A stretch of DNA of 63,999 nt, the filler included, from Sphacelaria rigidula (lineage: Eukaryota): assembly GCA_964200075.2 (NCBI GenBank). It is 3 parts of 3 records of this genome, joined end to end, with 100 filler letters (N's around TTAATTAATTAA, not from the genome) between each part and the next. Parts side by side here need not be neighbours in the genome. Positions count along the whole stretch, not along the records: positions 1 to 21,679 come from CAXNAA020000397.1; positions 21,780 to 43,415 come from CAXNAA020000398.1; 1 more part is not named here. One strand, written 5' to 3'. The notes beneath the pieces are model-generated. The model saw only the letters and a list, made by a program, of their open reading frames with translations. It made no database searches and was not told the DNA's origin. Positions 12,401-25,215 of this stretch are shown here, one piece after another (the stretch's first letter is position 1; each line of letters opens with the position of its first letter). The position numbers were made by a program, and so were the translations under genes.

Positions 12401-15400
12401 AAGGATGGATGGGAGTAAGGTGAGGTATTCCGAAGTAGAACAGTGAATTAGATTTGAATCCTTTTGAGAGACCATTCTCGTTCCGCTCAGCACCATCCCA
12501 AGGAGCGACAGTGGTGGCTTCATCTTTGTATCGATCTTCATGGGTCTTGTGACAAAGAAGTATGCGGCTGGTCTTCACTCCATGTGCAACAAGCCCTACC
12601 AGTACGTACTCTACAGAACAGTGCAGACTGCAGCGTTTGTGAATACACTACTCGTTAGTAAAGTTACAAAGGTACGGGAACCCGAAGTGCTTCCGTCTAT
12701 ACACTAGAGTGCAGACTGCAGCGTTTGTGAAAACACGACTCGTCAGTAAAAATTACAGAGGTACCAGAAACCTGAAGTGCTTCGGTCTGTGGGCAAGTCC
12801 TGGGCGCATAAGAAATGACGAACAGTCACCAACAAAATAGACCTAAACTTTTTCATTGGCCGGCATTCCGGCTTGCGCTATTTGTTCATGAGGTGCCTTT
12901 GCAGGAGAACGTAAAAATCACCGCTTGGCTACTCGTATGTTGCAAAAGTCGGGAGGATATATCGGTCAGGTGCCAACCTCGGCAGGAATATTCACCAATA
13001 TTCTCGTTGTACAAAATAAAGCGTGTACAGTACGCAGTCTCGGGTAGTAATTCACGAGGGGAAAAGGCATCAATAATTATGATGGAAGCAGCTCGCGAAC
13101 GCAAATGGCTTGAGAAGGGAAATCACGAAGCGCGCGAGCACACGCGCACCTCGAGCAGACCCAAAAAATGGAGAAGGTTTGATAGATATCCCCCAATCTT
13201 TGCCGACAGCTTCCGTATCGGAGAGTTGGCCTTAAACCGGGGGGTCAACTTGTCGCGATGTACTCGCAAGACGCTCTCCTGCGTAAAAAAAAGCCGAGGG
13301 GCGAGGAAGCGAGAGCCAAGTGTGGGGCGGTGGCGCTCGGATAAGGAATGGATCAACATGTCGCACAGGAGACAGCTGCAAACAAAACAGCAATGATCAT
13401 GCCGTATCGAAGTGCCGATGACATCACCTCGTTTCACGTGACAATGACTTCACTTTCGCAATTTGACAGGCAGACGGAGGGGCTCAACCGCAGCCAAAAA
13501 CCGTGAGGGGCCGCCGCACGTTTTCCCTCGTAAGCTATGTTCGCCTTCTCATGCAAAGAACACGTGAAAGAATGCCATCATCCTAAAGACGTTGGATGAA
13601 AAACTATCAGGTTCACGAGTCAACCTGGTAGTAAGCATTTTCTATTTTCTCACCACTTCGACGCGCACGCGCTGCAACCATACCTCCAGTGTCCCCAGCT
13701 CAAACGGATCCGGAAATGCGGGAGGCTTCGCCATCTCCGTCTCCCGCACGCTGCTACTGTTCGCCACTCCTGTCATGTCTTGCTCCCCCTCTCCACCCCC
13801 TCGCGCCTCTCGCGACGTCGGGGTCACTACGCGGCGTCCCTCATCCTCCAGTTCCCACATCAGCCGCGGGTGCAAGGCACAGAGGCTATTTAGCCTCTTG
13901 CTCAGCACCCGCGTGCGCTGGGTCAGTCCTCTCGAGGCCGCCGCGACCTCCTGCAGTTGATTCGCATGCGGGTCTTCCCCGAGTGCCAAGGGCCAACCAT
14001 CTTCTGTAGCAGAACTAACACTGACTGTCCGCTCGCCGCCGACCCCCCCGCGCCTATCGGGCTGTGTGTTGTGCAATTGTGTCGCAAGAGGAGGACATAC
14101 CTCGCGGTAGGTGACTCGTAGCACGTACTGCAGACGGGAAATGGGGGGGCGTAGAAGTTTCACGGTCTGGTAAAATAAGGTGCTGGAATCGTAGGACGCG
14201 GATGTGTACAGGAGTGTCGGGAAGAAAACACAGTACACGACGGAGAGATGGGGATGCGTTCGTAGTGTGTTGAATTCGAGGTCAGGCAGGAGTGGACGGA
14301 TGTGGTGACGAACAGCGCGATCGACTCACTACTCGTGCAGCAATCTCGTCTCGCTGGGGGTGCAGTTTGAGATGGGCGGTTATGGTTGTTTACTGTACAC
14401 AGTATGTGCCCCCTTCTCGAGAGGATGGTAAGAGAAAAAGTACACCGACCATCGTGCGGGGAGAAGATCGTCACACCAGCCCAGACAAAACTCACCAAGG
14501 ACACAATGCGACGCTACTAGGCAGAGCAACATGCCAACGACCGTGGATATCGAAATCCCAACAGAACGAACAAGGCGAATTGAGTCTTGACCCTTTTGGA
14601 ACACATCGTCATTTTTTCTTCTTGCGAATCGACATCATTTTCAGTCATTTCAAGTCAAAATGATGCCGATTTACAGATACAAAAATCGTCAGCGGGTTCC
14701 AAAAGGGTTAATTTAGCACGCACGACGTCAACAGCCAAAGACGCAAAGAAAGAACGTACGTTTCCGAGCGCCTATTCTTTCTCCCTCACTTTCACTACAC
14801 AATGCACTTCCTCATACCGCACCTCGATGTGGGCCGCATCTGCATCCTCCGCATCGGCAACCTCAACAGCTGCCACCTCAATGGAAAATGGCGGCGCTTC
14901 AACGCCCTCCTTTTCATCATCCTCTCTCCCGCTCCCATCCACATCGCTGCCGCCTGATCGCGCGAACTCGAGCATCTCTGGCGACATGAAGGATTCCATC
15001 GGAGTATCCACCGCGACCACGGGTGCGCGAGGAGCCGAGAGCCACGCCACCGGCCAAGGCCATCCCAAAGTTTCCTTATTCAGATGCGAAACCGCCACTT
15101 GGTGGCATTTGTATCCCGAGGAAACAGGTGGGGACGAGAGCGAACGGGAGAAACGGTAGGGCTTGTAAGTATACGAAATCACACCGGAATGCACACGGTC
15201 GACCGCAGTGTGAAAAATTCAGTGTTGGACTGGGTCAGCTGGGCTGCAAACGTCTCTTTTCAGGCTTCGCGCACCACAGAAAAAAAAAAAGGCAATGACA
15301 CGCGGCAGTCGTCTGCGGAAAATAATGGAGTACGAGCTGGGCCAGCTGACAGTGATTTTTGAATGAATCCTGGCGATGGGATTGGTAATTCGAAGACTTG

Positions 15401-18400
15401 GACGCTGAAATTTTGACACGATATTTGTATCATCAACCCGCGCAATCATATTGGGGGTGCAGAGGGGAAAAAAAAAGAAGCTAGAGCGAGTTGAAGTTTC
15501 AGCAAAAATAGGGAAAAAACTTTAACTCCGTGAAAAAATAATAAATACGGCTGCACCCCAAACAATGTTGCGGGAACTCGCGTCCAGGACATGCTGCTAA
15601 AGTTTCGGCCAAAAATACCTCAAAGTGGGCGCTGCATAGCACTTTTCGTGTGACACGGCCGCGACCGTTTAATCCAAGTGATACAGGAGACTCCAGTTAA
15701 GGAGGACATGAGAAGGAACACCGATGGATTCTCTCTTTTTTTTTCGTCCGTCGCCAAGGTCATAATATATTATGCAGTACATTTTTTTCATATTTTTTTC
15801 TTTATTCAGCGGCGGTGCCGTGTGTTACCAGGTTGGTCTGCAGTTCACAGCGATATGCTCAAGTCGCACTGATTTGGAAAACTTCAGAAGTTGTGGTGTG
15901 GAAAGCGAATGCGAGATTGACTGCAGGCCCAGGTCGTACACCGTGAAGAGGTATATAATCGCTGTTATTTCCGTTGACAAGGAAGTGCGACTACGTCACC
16001 CACCGCGTGACAAACGCAGTGTAGTCGTGGGTAAAAAGTGTTTCGGTGCCAGACTTCAGACATCGGATGGAAAATAAAACGTATTGCTGTGCGCCGATTT
16101 AGTTTGTAGGTCGTGGCGACAACAAACAGAGGCCAACAGCACAGCGTAGACGGTAGAGCACACCGACGACACGAGGACCACCCAGATGCAATGCGACCAC
16201 CCAACGGCACACTTGAGCTAGAGCGATATCCTAAACAGCTCCAAAATAATCGCCAGCACCCGCACTCACCTGCAGCACCCATCTGATCGCCAGCTCCCTT
16301 GCCAATCCCACCGCTGCCTACCCCCACAACACCCCCTGTACTCGAGCCACTGCCGTGATCCTTGCGCGACTCTTCATCTAAGGACCGGAGTCGGATCTCT
16401 TCGGCCTTTTCAGCGACCAGCTGTTCCAAAGACGCCACCGTTTGTTCCGCCACGGCATTCTCTCTGCTTCCTATTCTACTTTCCGTGGCGAGCTGTGCTT
16501 TTCGCTCCACCGCGGTTTCAGCTTCGACCTCTTCCTGAAGGCCGGGCCTCGCGGCCAGCATATTCTCCACGGTGACAGTCGTCGATTCCTCCAGTAACTA
16601 TTATACGAGAGCGATGGGGTGGGTGGGTTAGGGGGTTCAAGACTTGTGGCAGAGGTCGGTGCTGCGGTATCAGTGAGGGTCCATAATGGTTACCTGTTGA
16701 TCAGAACGCGCAGCTCCTGGCTCCATCGTCGCCGACAAAGCGTGCAAACCAAGCACCCGCAGTTATGCAGAAGACGTACCAAGGACACTGGGGAGAGGGG
16801 AGCGAATAATGCAATGGCCACAGAAAGCTGATCTCGTCAGCCGTGCTCGAGCAAATCGTGTTGCTAACGACGCACGCCATGAACCCGTATGTTTTGTGCT
16901 TTGGCGCCAGTACAGAATGCACGTCAAGATGAAATAATTCAATATTTTGATCGACGACAGCGAGGCGCGAAATCCGACAAAAATTCTACAAATGACTGTT
17001 CGTGACACTTGCTCACCTCTCGGTAGCTCGTGTCCGCAACAGCAAGCTGTTCCAGCAGTTCGTCCCTCCGAGTCGCTATAGCAAAGGCTTGCTCCTGAAA
17101 CACAACGCGCCCCGGGTTCGCAAAAAATGTCAGCACGGCGCGTCGTATGGTATACCTTGTTCAACATGCAGGCGATTGAAGTGGAAAAGAACAAGCGTCG
17201 ACGGAGCTTGAATCAATGCAACAACTCATCGAGGTCGGAATTTTCGAAAAGAAACACTGATACGGTTTAATTCCTTCACTACTGATTTATACAAACCCGC
17301 GGAAGAACCACGCGTAAACTCAACCTGGAAGGTAGCTGTGCATTTCCCTTCGGCCGGGAAAATACAAAATAACAATTACGAACGCGAATCTCGTCACAAA
17401 CAGGTCTACAGCAGTTTCCGCCTTTGTGGAAGTGTGCTCTGGTGGCGGAAATCTTCCATCAACGTCGAAGCCCTGTTTCGGCACACAGAACCCATCACTC
17501 TCCGCTCGACGCTGCGACATCTGCAAGATGTAAAAAATACTCCGTTCCCCTGGCCAAAACGATGATGCCCCTCATACTGTACACGACACTTCGTACAAAC
17601 GCACCTCGGCCAATCGCAGAACCTGTTGCCGGGTCCTCTCCGCGCGCAGTAGCAGCTCCCCACTCGGCTCCGGTAACCTCCATCGCTCAGCTTTGAATGC
17701 CGTAACATCAGCTGTTCCGCAATCTTCGTCTCCATCGTTGTCATTCAAGATCGATGGCAGTCGAGCGAAGCCGCTCGCTAAGCCCACCTCGCCGCCGTTC
17801 GTGACGGCACTGCCGCCACCCGCGTCAGGTCGTACAGCACGGCCGCCATCTGCGCACACAGGATCATCGTTTTGTAGGATAGCACGACTCTTCCGGGGTA
17901 TCCTGCCCACACTTGTGCTGGACCCCTCGTGAAATTTACCGTTTGGACCCGACCGGTTAGCACCGTCAGTCTCTGCGGGTCTCCTCCGCTTTCGTATTTT
18001 CCCCAGCACTCGGCGGGTAACGGTTGCTCTGATCCCACTACAAACGCCCGTATCCTCCTCTCCAACAGAAGCATCGGCTGCTGCAGGTTCGTTCCCAACT
18101 CCCACCCTTGGGTGCAACACGGTTGCCCTTCTTGCAGATGCACTGTCTCTGTGAATCGAGGGAGCGCTAGCGGGAATCATGGAGTGTGAAGCAGTTCCAG
18201 CCGCCGCAGCAGCCGCCCCTCGCCCGCAGGCGATCACGGCTGGCTTGAACGACGCTTCCGATGAATGATTAGATCCGCCAGTTTCAGGTCGCCCCTGGTG
18301 ATCAACATCTTGATAATCGACTCCTCCACTGTTGCCAGTCCCGAAGACGAGAGTTGGAGCCGGCATATCCGTCATTTCTGTGACCCTCCACCCGCGAGAC

Positions 18401-21126
18401 GGCGGCAGAGTACCATCGCCCTGGCCATAGTACGCGATTCTTTTTTCTGCTCCCGGTTGCAAAATTGGGACCATAATGCACCAGCATGGTACACAGGGCG
18501 CTGCCGTTACCGTCGTTGCCGGCACGGCTGCCACTGCGTCGGCGATACTTGGCTTCTCTGGCGGCGCCTCTGACGCGTCGATCGCAACGCACTCGGCCCC
18601 CTGATTCGTTTCCCCGAGAACGGTAGACTCGCCAACATCAGCAGTGGCAGGAGCACCTACGGTAGCAGTAGCAGCAGCAGAAGACGTCTTGGCATCGACC
18701 ATTCGTACATCGTCGTCTTCATCGGTCCAGCAGACCTGACGGTAGATTTGGCAGCCATTCGGTCCCGTCAAGACGAGACTGTTGGACTTCTCCCCGGTAT
18801 CGTCGTCACTGTTGCTCGAATGGTCGGCAGATGCGACGTACTCGCCGTCGGATGCAGCGAGGCCCGCCCCCCGTACGTAGCATCGCAGACGGTTACGGGG
18901 GAACCTCGGCCACGTGTAGATGGTATTGGCAGCAACATTTTCATTATCAAACCAGCTGTGGTCAAGAGACAGTCGGAGAGATAGACCCCTCTCGTCCAGC
19001 CGACTCCGGAATTCCATCAAACACCTGCATATGCCATCCAGCACCGCCTTGCTCTGAAGTCCGGGTCGCAACCACAGAGGAAGGGCATCAGGGCGTACTG
19101 GCGGAGTATCTGATGTGGATGACGATGGTTCGTCCAAAAAATCATTTTCAACCTCATCGGTTGTATTGAGGTGTGCCGTTGCCCTGACGCTGACTCTGCC
19201 CCTACCGCAGACGCCACCCGTGGCGTCGGGATGCGCACTATCGACAGGGTGCTCGCTCGACGAAATAGCGGAGTCCCCGCCATGGTGCATGCCAGGTTCC
19301 CCCTCTTGCTCCTGGACAGTAGTGTTGTAGCTGCCAACGTTAACACTCAGTCCGTCATTAGTACGGGAATCAAGACTAGCAGCAGCGGCCGCGACCGCCG
19401 CTGATGTGGACGTCCCTCCAGCTCTGTCCCTGACCTCCGTGGCAACTGCAGCAGCCTTTTGTAATTCCATCACCACCGAAGAGGCGTTGTCCAGTCCAAG
19501 TATACCTCTCGCCCACGCGCGGCATCGTCCGTGGCCCGTGTGTACGCGCGACAAGTTGCTCACAGAATCACTCAACTGTCTTGAGTCCAAAACGCCACTT
19601 GAGCTACCACGAATCCCGCCCTCGCAAGAATTCTGGATTTTTGCATTCCCCTGGGCAAAAACGCCAAAGTCGTTGCCTTCCCGTGATTCGATGCCCTGGG
19701 CGACCTTACTCTCTGAGATGCTACTATTATCAGCAGCAATAGTACCAGGGGCACCTATAACCGCAACAGGCGGCCCATCGCTACCGGCCAGTCGAAGCAC
19801 GTCCCAGAAGTCGGGTGCAACGCCGCCGGCGCCGAAAAAAAGGCACTTCTCGAGCGCAACACAGAGGTGGGCCAAGGCCGGCCCAAGGTCGGTTTCTACG
19901 GCGCCCGTGTGCAGTACGGTCCCCGGTGCAGCGGACAGCAGGGCAGGTGCCTCCGTAGCCCGTTGGAGCTCGTCGAGCAGGATACCCATCTGCCGCTGCT
20001 CGTTGTCATTTTCTGCCTAGAACGTTTTAGCAGAAGGACATTGAGGAGTGCGTAGTGGATGTAGCGGATACAGACGCAACCCCTATGGAGGAAGATGCAG
20101 ATACGTTCTTTGTTTTTACTCCTTGACTGCAAAGTAGCTAATTCAAGTCAAGGTGAATATCTGCAGTGAACTAGACAAGCGCACGGCGAGAGAAGAAGGA
20201 GTCGGCCAAAAAAGCGGCCGCATTTTGGCCGTGTTATATTTTGCAGCGTCTGCGGACGACAGAGTGTTGTAGCACACGTGATATATCGGTCAGAGGGAAC
20301 ACCAAGAGTCAGCGGATGTTTTGAAAAGCGCATACTTCAGTGAAATAGGACTTTGAACGAGAGATGCCACCACGACGTATCTGAGGACAACAACACCGGA
20401 GCCGTAGGATACAGGGTACATCACCCGAGACGATGAGAAAACCGACCTCGCTTTTCCACTTGAGGCTGGCTCCACAGTACCATGGCATCCTATCTCACAA
20501 AATATCTTGATGAGATACTTCCAACGACACAACCCTTGGTGGCGTAGCCGTCGCAGTTCGAGACAGATGACGAGAAAATATATTTTGAATCCATTACCCC
20601 TGGTGCTAAACCTCGTAGCCTGTGGGTAATTAACACAATTGAATGAGGAGGCCACGCCTGGCTACGCTTGAGCAGTACTTCTAAATCAACATCGGATGAT
20701 GTTTACTCGTACTATAGTAGAGTATAGTAAAGTACAATGAAGTGCAGTGCAGTGCAGAGCAGCATAGTAGGGCCGTTGGGATGACGGGGGAGTCATTTCG
20801 GAACAATATTTCAACCTTCCCTTTAGGACGGCTTGTGTTGCGAGCAGAGCCGGCATGGATGTATGTTACGGTAAGGTGACAGAGACACTAGCTGTGACAC
20901 ACGGTTAATATTGGACGAGTGTGACCAAGTGTTGCGTACTGACAGCGGTGCAGACTGTGGGTACCAATGGTCTACACAACAAACAAAGACAGACCTTGCC
21001 AGTCCTTGGCTTCGCGTAGAAGCGGATAAACTCGTTGTACGTGCCACCGTCGACGCGAGCGAGCTTCTCTTCTGCAACCGCCGAGAAACGTCCCGCGAAA
21101 GCTTGGACCTCTTTCAAGTATTCCAT
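6498..21126 (-). CDS. RUN domain + coiled coil + PX-like + Rubicon-homology (RH/DUF4206) zinc-finger protein (Rubicon/PLEKHM1/DEF8-like), ~1593 aa. Exons: 21126-20995, 20016-17605, 17094-17017, 16597-16270, 15097-14823, 14127-13654, 13278-13150, 12281-12091, 11587-11492, 11045-10877, 9779-9658, 9494-9407, 8906-8796, 8395-8249, 6527-6498
   Basis: All junctions GT-AG and in phase (total 4782 nt). RUN motifs: LCVALEKCLFFG, DFWDVL, GRCRAWAR. PX-like motifs: HIEYVLRV, KRLNSLCALH, PPAFP, GYLSNLL. RH motifs: QNRRCMGCG, CRFANGLFCRRLCH, IPHRAIHHWDF, YSVEDL, HVANECEAC, CSIC...IYPF, RCGNCDSLFHFRC, CPEC. The first and last exons are the least certain. Confidence 0.88.
9137..9367. repeat. Intronic minisatellite, 26-bp unit (~TCCAGTCGTTACACGCATCATGACWA), about 9 copies
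   Basis: Directly visible head-to-tail degenerate repeats with no unique spacers, inside intron 8907-9406. Confidence 0.9.
12620..12788. repeat. Intronic tandem duplication (~89-bp period, 2 copies)
   Basis: AGTGCAGACTGCAGCGTTTGTGAA...GAAGTGCTTC.GTCT occurs twice. Confidence 0.85.
15330..15845 (+). mobile_element. Dispersed non-coding repeat (intronic copy); family also at 24695-25215 on the opposite strand
   Basis: GAGCTGGGCCAGCTGACAGTGATTTT...AATCCAAGTGAT...TTCAGCGGCGGTGC...TTACCAGGTTGG aligns along its length with the reverse complement of 24695-25215. Confidence 0.75.
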
Positions 21127-21480
21127 CGGTCATCTACTACTGTATTGTATGCAGTCTGCAGCACTGCGAAGGAAGTCCACGCTCTCGCAGCCAATTGGTG
21201 CAATATCCACAGCACACTGCTGTACAGCAGTACCGTGCACGGATGCACTAGTGTTGGAACACAGCCAGTACAGTACCGGCAAGATCTGTGGCTCCAGTAT
21301 CCCTACCCTGGATTCACCACAAGGATAGCCTATCATGCACCAGAAGACACCTCATCTACAGCTGTCAATGAGCTGTGCCGTCCTGGTGTATTGTTGTACC
21401 GTACAGTACAACGGAGGATGAGGATCTTGTACCCTCCGACCACGGGTCTGAGAAGGCAGAAAAATAGGGACGTGTACCCC

Positions 21481-21679
21481 TTTTTTTTTTTTGTCCCCAG
21501 AGGACAGGAAGGAACCTTTAACCATGCACTTCGCTATTTCTAGTCTCGTGCAGCGCTTCTAGTCGCTCCATCCGTCAGACATGCCCACCCGAGGGTCGAC
21601 ATGTCCGGCGAATGTATGGATGGGCACTAAGGTGGGAGTGCCCCCCCACCCAGGTAGTGTCGGACTTGGGAAGTAAAAC
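21481..21679 (-). mobile_element. Poly(A)-tailed structured retroposon (SINE-like) fragment, cut by the assembly gap
   Basis: T12 run followed by GC-rich self-complementary sequence (GGGCACT-loop-AGTGCCC) running into the Ns; lies ~350 bp upstream of the RUN/RH start codon. Confidence 0.4.
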
Positions 21680-21779
21680 NNNNNNNNNNNNNNNNNNNNN
21701 NNNNNNNNNNNNNNNNNNNNNNNTTAATTAATTAANNNNNNNNNNNNNNNNNNNNNNNNNNNNNNNNNNNNNNNNNNNN
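21680..21779. other. Artificial contig linker (N44-TTAATTAATTAA-N44)
   Basis: Exactly 100 bp with a six-frame stop 12-mer; identical to 43416-43515. Confidence 0.97.
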
Positions 21780-24009
21780 TCAACCACTGCCCCCCCCCCC
21801 CCCCCGGAAAAATCCAGGAGTCAAAACAGGTGCATAGGGTCTGGGATTTCGTTTTTGGGCCCCCTTGGTAATGGTGCACTTGAATGGTTGGTTGCCATCG
21901 TGGGAACGTGAAAGCCCAAGGTTCATGCAAAAAAAGTGATGAAAATTGACGGGCTAACGGAGCGATATCGTCATCAAATAAATGCTCACAAAAAGGTGCA
22001 AGCCAGTAGGGACTTTACATCTCGTCTCGCGCAAGGCGGGAGCTGGGCAGGAGGAGTAGAAAGTGTTGCAAGTGAAAAGGTTTTTTTGTATCCATACACA
22101 CATCAAAACCATTCCGATCTGTGCGCAGTACCTGATGACTTCCGTATCCTGGGCATCTGATGCGGGCGCCTTCCGTGGTCACAGGCCAACTACCCAAAAC
22201 AAGGAGGAAACAATCAAACAGCAGAGAGAACAAATATCGGACCCGAGTCATTGTCCGAGAACGCAGTATTTACGTGTATTTCGTTCTTACGTCGTACGCA
22301 TTGCCAGGTAGCTACCTAGATATTCGGAGGGGCATGTTTCAGGCAAGAGTTCGGGAGTGAGTAGTAGATGGACACCTGCCCATAATGAGAAAAAGCGTGA
22401 TAAAGTGTCGGTCCTGTACCATCCTGACACGACGCTATGTGTCTTCGAGTTCACCACTTCTTTGGACCATATCAACAAACTACAGCGTAGCAGAGGAAAG
22501 CGCGCTTGAGGCCGCTTCTGATACTCTTCGAAAAAAACATGTCTGTTCTTTTTTTTTCAGCGATTCAGGATCGATTTTCGCCGAAATAAGGGGCTTGTCG
22601 GGTTGTGCCACCTCGGAAAAGACTCCCTGTACTCTGAGAGGATGATAGGGTACTTTCCCGATATTGCACCGCCCAGTTTGACGTTTGGCCGGACAAGTGA
22701 TTTCTCAAACACGCAAAGAAAAGCGTTCCTCGGAGAGATATCGTCAGACCAAAATGATTATTACGGGAAATGTTTCACCCTATGTTTTCCTTCAAATATT
22801 TTTCAAATTCTGGGAATCCGGAGAATCGTGAAGGAGGAATGAGGACGTCCACTATTACTACCACGGGTTTTGGACGGTGGTTTTGTGTGGTACCGGTTTG
22901 CGTTTTCGCGCGTACTGGTTTGCGTTTTTGCGCGTTTGAATTTTATGCCTGGCACGCACAGGCTGCAATCCAACAGCAGACGGAGAGACATGGTGAACCA
23001 CACCAGTCATGAGCTAGCTCCAGATTGCAAACAATCCGCACGCAGTATATGGTGCCTGGAAAGACTTGAGGCTCTCACACTCTCAAGTTCGCTTCGTGAG
23101 GGGGAAGCCATCTATCTTATACGACCGCCGTAGGAGGCAACTACCGCTTACCGTACGTGTGGCGCTTTGATGTGAGCGGGGTGGCAGGATGGGTATACTG
23201 TGCTGTTGTGCCCAAGGGTTGAAAAAAAAAGTTTCGAGGGGTGTGAGATATCTGTCAAACCTGGGCCCAGTTTTGATAGGTTTCTGTTATTTCTGCCTCC
23301 TCTAGACTCTGAGATCGAAAACATCAATGTTTCTTGTCCCCATAGTGGACATGAATCTTTTGGGGGCATCGGAGATCCCGGCAAAGCTCGGAATTCTGTC
23401 TTGAAAATCCCGTTATAGTTGGCCTCGAAGAATCCTCAGAGGAACACGTTTTGACGGACAGTTTGAGAAGTCGTATGTTTCCTGCCACAAGTCAAACGGG
23501 GCGCAAGATGTAGAGAGGGCGCTAGAATCCTCTCGAGGAGTACAACGAGTCTCTGCGACGTGGCACAATCCGCTAAGCCCCGTTTTCCGGCGAAAAATGG
23601 TCTTCGAACAGCCAAATTTTACTTTTTTCCGGGAGAGCTGTTTTAGTTCAGCATAGGATGTGGATATGACCTGACAGAAGTTCAAAAAATTGAGAGAGGA
23701 AGCGCCGTTTCTTGGGGCCAGCGATGACACAGACAAGATATTAAAACCATACGTAAAATTATCAGTATGTGCGTCCTACACATTTGACGTAAACAGAACG
23801 TGCAGAACTTTGAGCGACACACAGCGAGAGGGCATGACAACGACGTGGTAACTATGTCGAGCGCCGTTGCGTAGCGTACTTCAGCATTGCACGCTGGAGC
23901 GCGATGAGCCATTTGAATCGACGGCGAAAATAAACAGCGAATGAACAAAAAGGGGGCAAAGCGATCCTCTGCACGGACCAGAGCATGTGTATTTATTTTA
24001 GGAAAGCAC

Positions 24010-24545
24010 AAAAACATACAACAGCGAAGCACGAGAGTATGGTGTCTTCCATCATCGTGCTCGGGAACGTGACGCCTTGAATTTACCGGGAAAAAGTATT
24101 TATTGAAAAACAACCGACAGCGATGATATCGGTGTCGTTGTGCTCGGGGAGAGGATGCCTCGGTCTCACCCGAAAATCGTTTTCATGTAACGCTTTTGGA
24201 ACTCGCGAAACACAGTACAAACTCCCATATACGAGCTTTCGTCAGCGGAAAAACGTCACTTCGACTTCGGTGCACGAATCTGTCACATAAGTATACTTGA
24301 ACTTGGGGTGATGCACCAATCTGGTGGGCTGCATCAACAGCTGCAGAAAAACATCAATTGTAAATCATCATTTTTTTCCCGCGAGGGTAGGTCACCTGCT
24401 GAATCAGCATTTCACTTGAAAGTATCCGTGATCCAGATGCACTGCCCGTTTCGTCGTCCAAGGGTTGAAAAACAACAGACAGCGATGATATATCGACGTC
24501 GTTGTGCTCGGGAAGGGGATGCCTTGCATTCACCCGAAATACCGT
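24010..24545 (+). repeat. Three spaced degenerate copies of a ~75-bp motif
   Basis: AAAACAAC.GACAGCGATGATAT...GTGCTCGGG...GCCT...CACCCGAAA at ~24107 and ~24468, with a weaker copy at ~24010. Confidence 0.6.
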
Positions 24546-24694
24546 CAGTATATCGGCTGAGGCATAACAGTAGAGGGGGGAACCAAGATTTGGTTTGAAG
24601 TACGAACTGAGTCAGCAGTAAATCCTGCATTTGCATGTTACACCATAACCTATTAGGTGAACCAAATCAGCCCGACTCGAGCATATCGGTGTCA

Positions 24695-25215
24695 CCTGCA
24701 GCCAACCTGGTAACGCACAGCACCGCCGCTGAACGAAGGAAAAAATGAAGAAAAATGTACTACATGATGTATTACCTTACCGACGGAAAAAAAAAAAGGA
24801 ATCCATCGGAATTCAAACTCGTGACCTCCATAACTGGATTCTCCTACATCACTTGGATTGAACGGGCGAAGCAGTGTCACACAAAAAGAGCCCTGCTACG
24901 CCCAATTTGGGGTATTTTTGGCCGATATTGCACCAGGATCTCCTGCACACAAGTACGCACAACAACCGAAGGGATGTCGACATATTTCTTGATTTCACGG
25001 AGTTATACTCGTGGCATTTTCCCAGTCTTGGCAGAAACTTCAAATCGCTGTAAATTTATTTTATTTTTATTTTATTTTTTCGTTGCACCCCCCGGAAGGT
25101 TGTACGTATTGATGATAAAAATATTGCGTGAAAATTCCAGCGCCCAACTTCTCGAAATACCTACAGCCGGGCCCAGAAACATAAAAAAAATCATTGTCAG
25201 ATGGCTCAGCTCGTA
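24695..25215 (-). mobile_element. Second copy of the dispersed repeat at 15330-15845
   Basis: Reverse-complement similarity over ~500 bp. Confidence 0.75.

Noticed and set aside
16694-16716. 23-nt micro-exon (CAG|GAG...AACAG|GTAACC) in the RUN/RH gene
   Set aside because: Inclusion would shift the frame; the flanking exons join in phase without it.
19406-20020. 204-aa + strand ORF and other antisense ORFs over the large exon
   Set aside because: Antisense shadows of GC-rich coding sequence.
21680-21779. TTAATTAATTAA palindrome flanked by Ns (also 43416-43515) as a biological motif
   Set aside because: Identical 100-bp construct with stops in all six frames: an assembly linker. Adjacency across it should not be interpreted.
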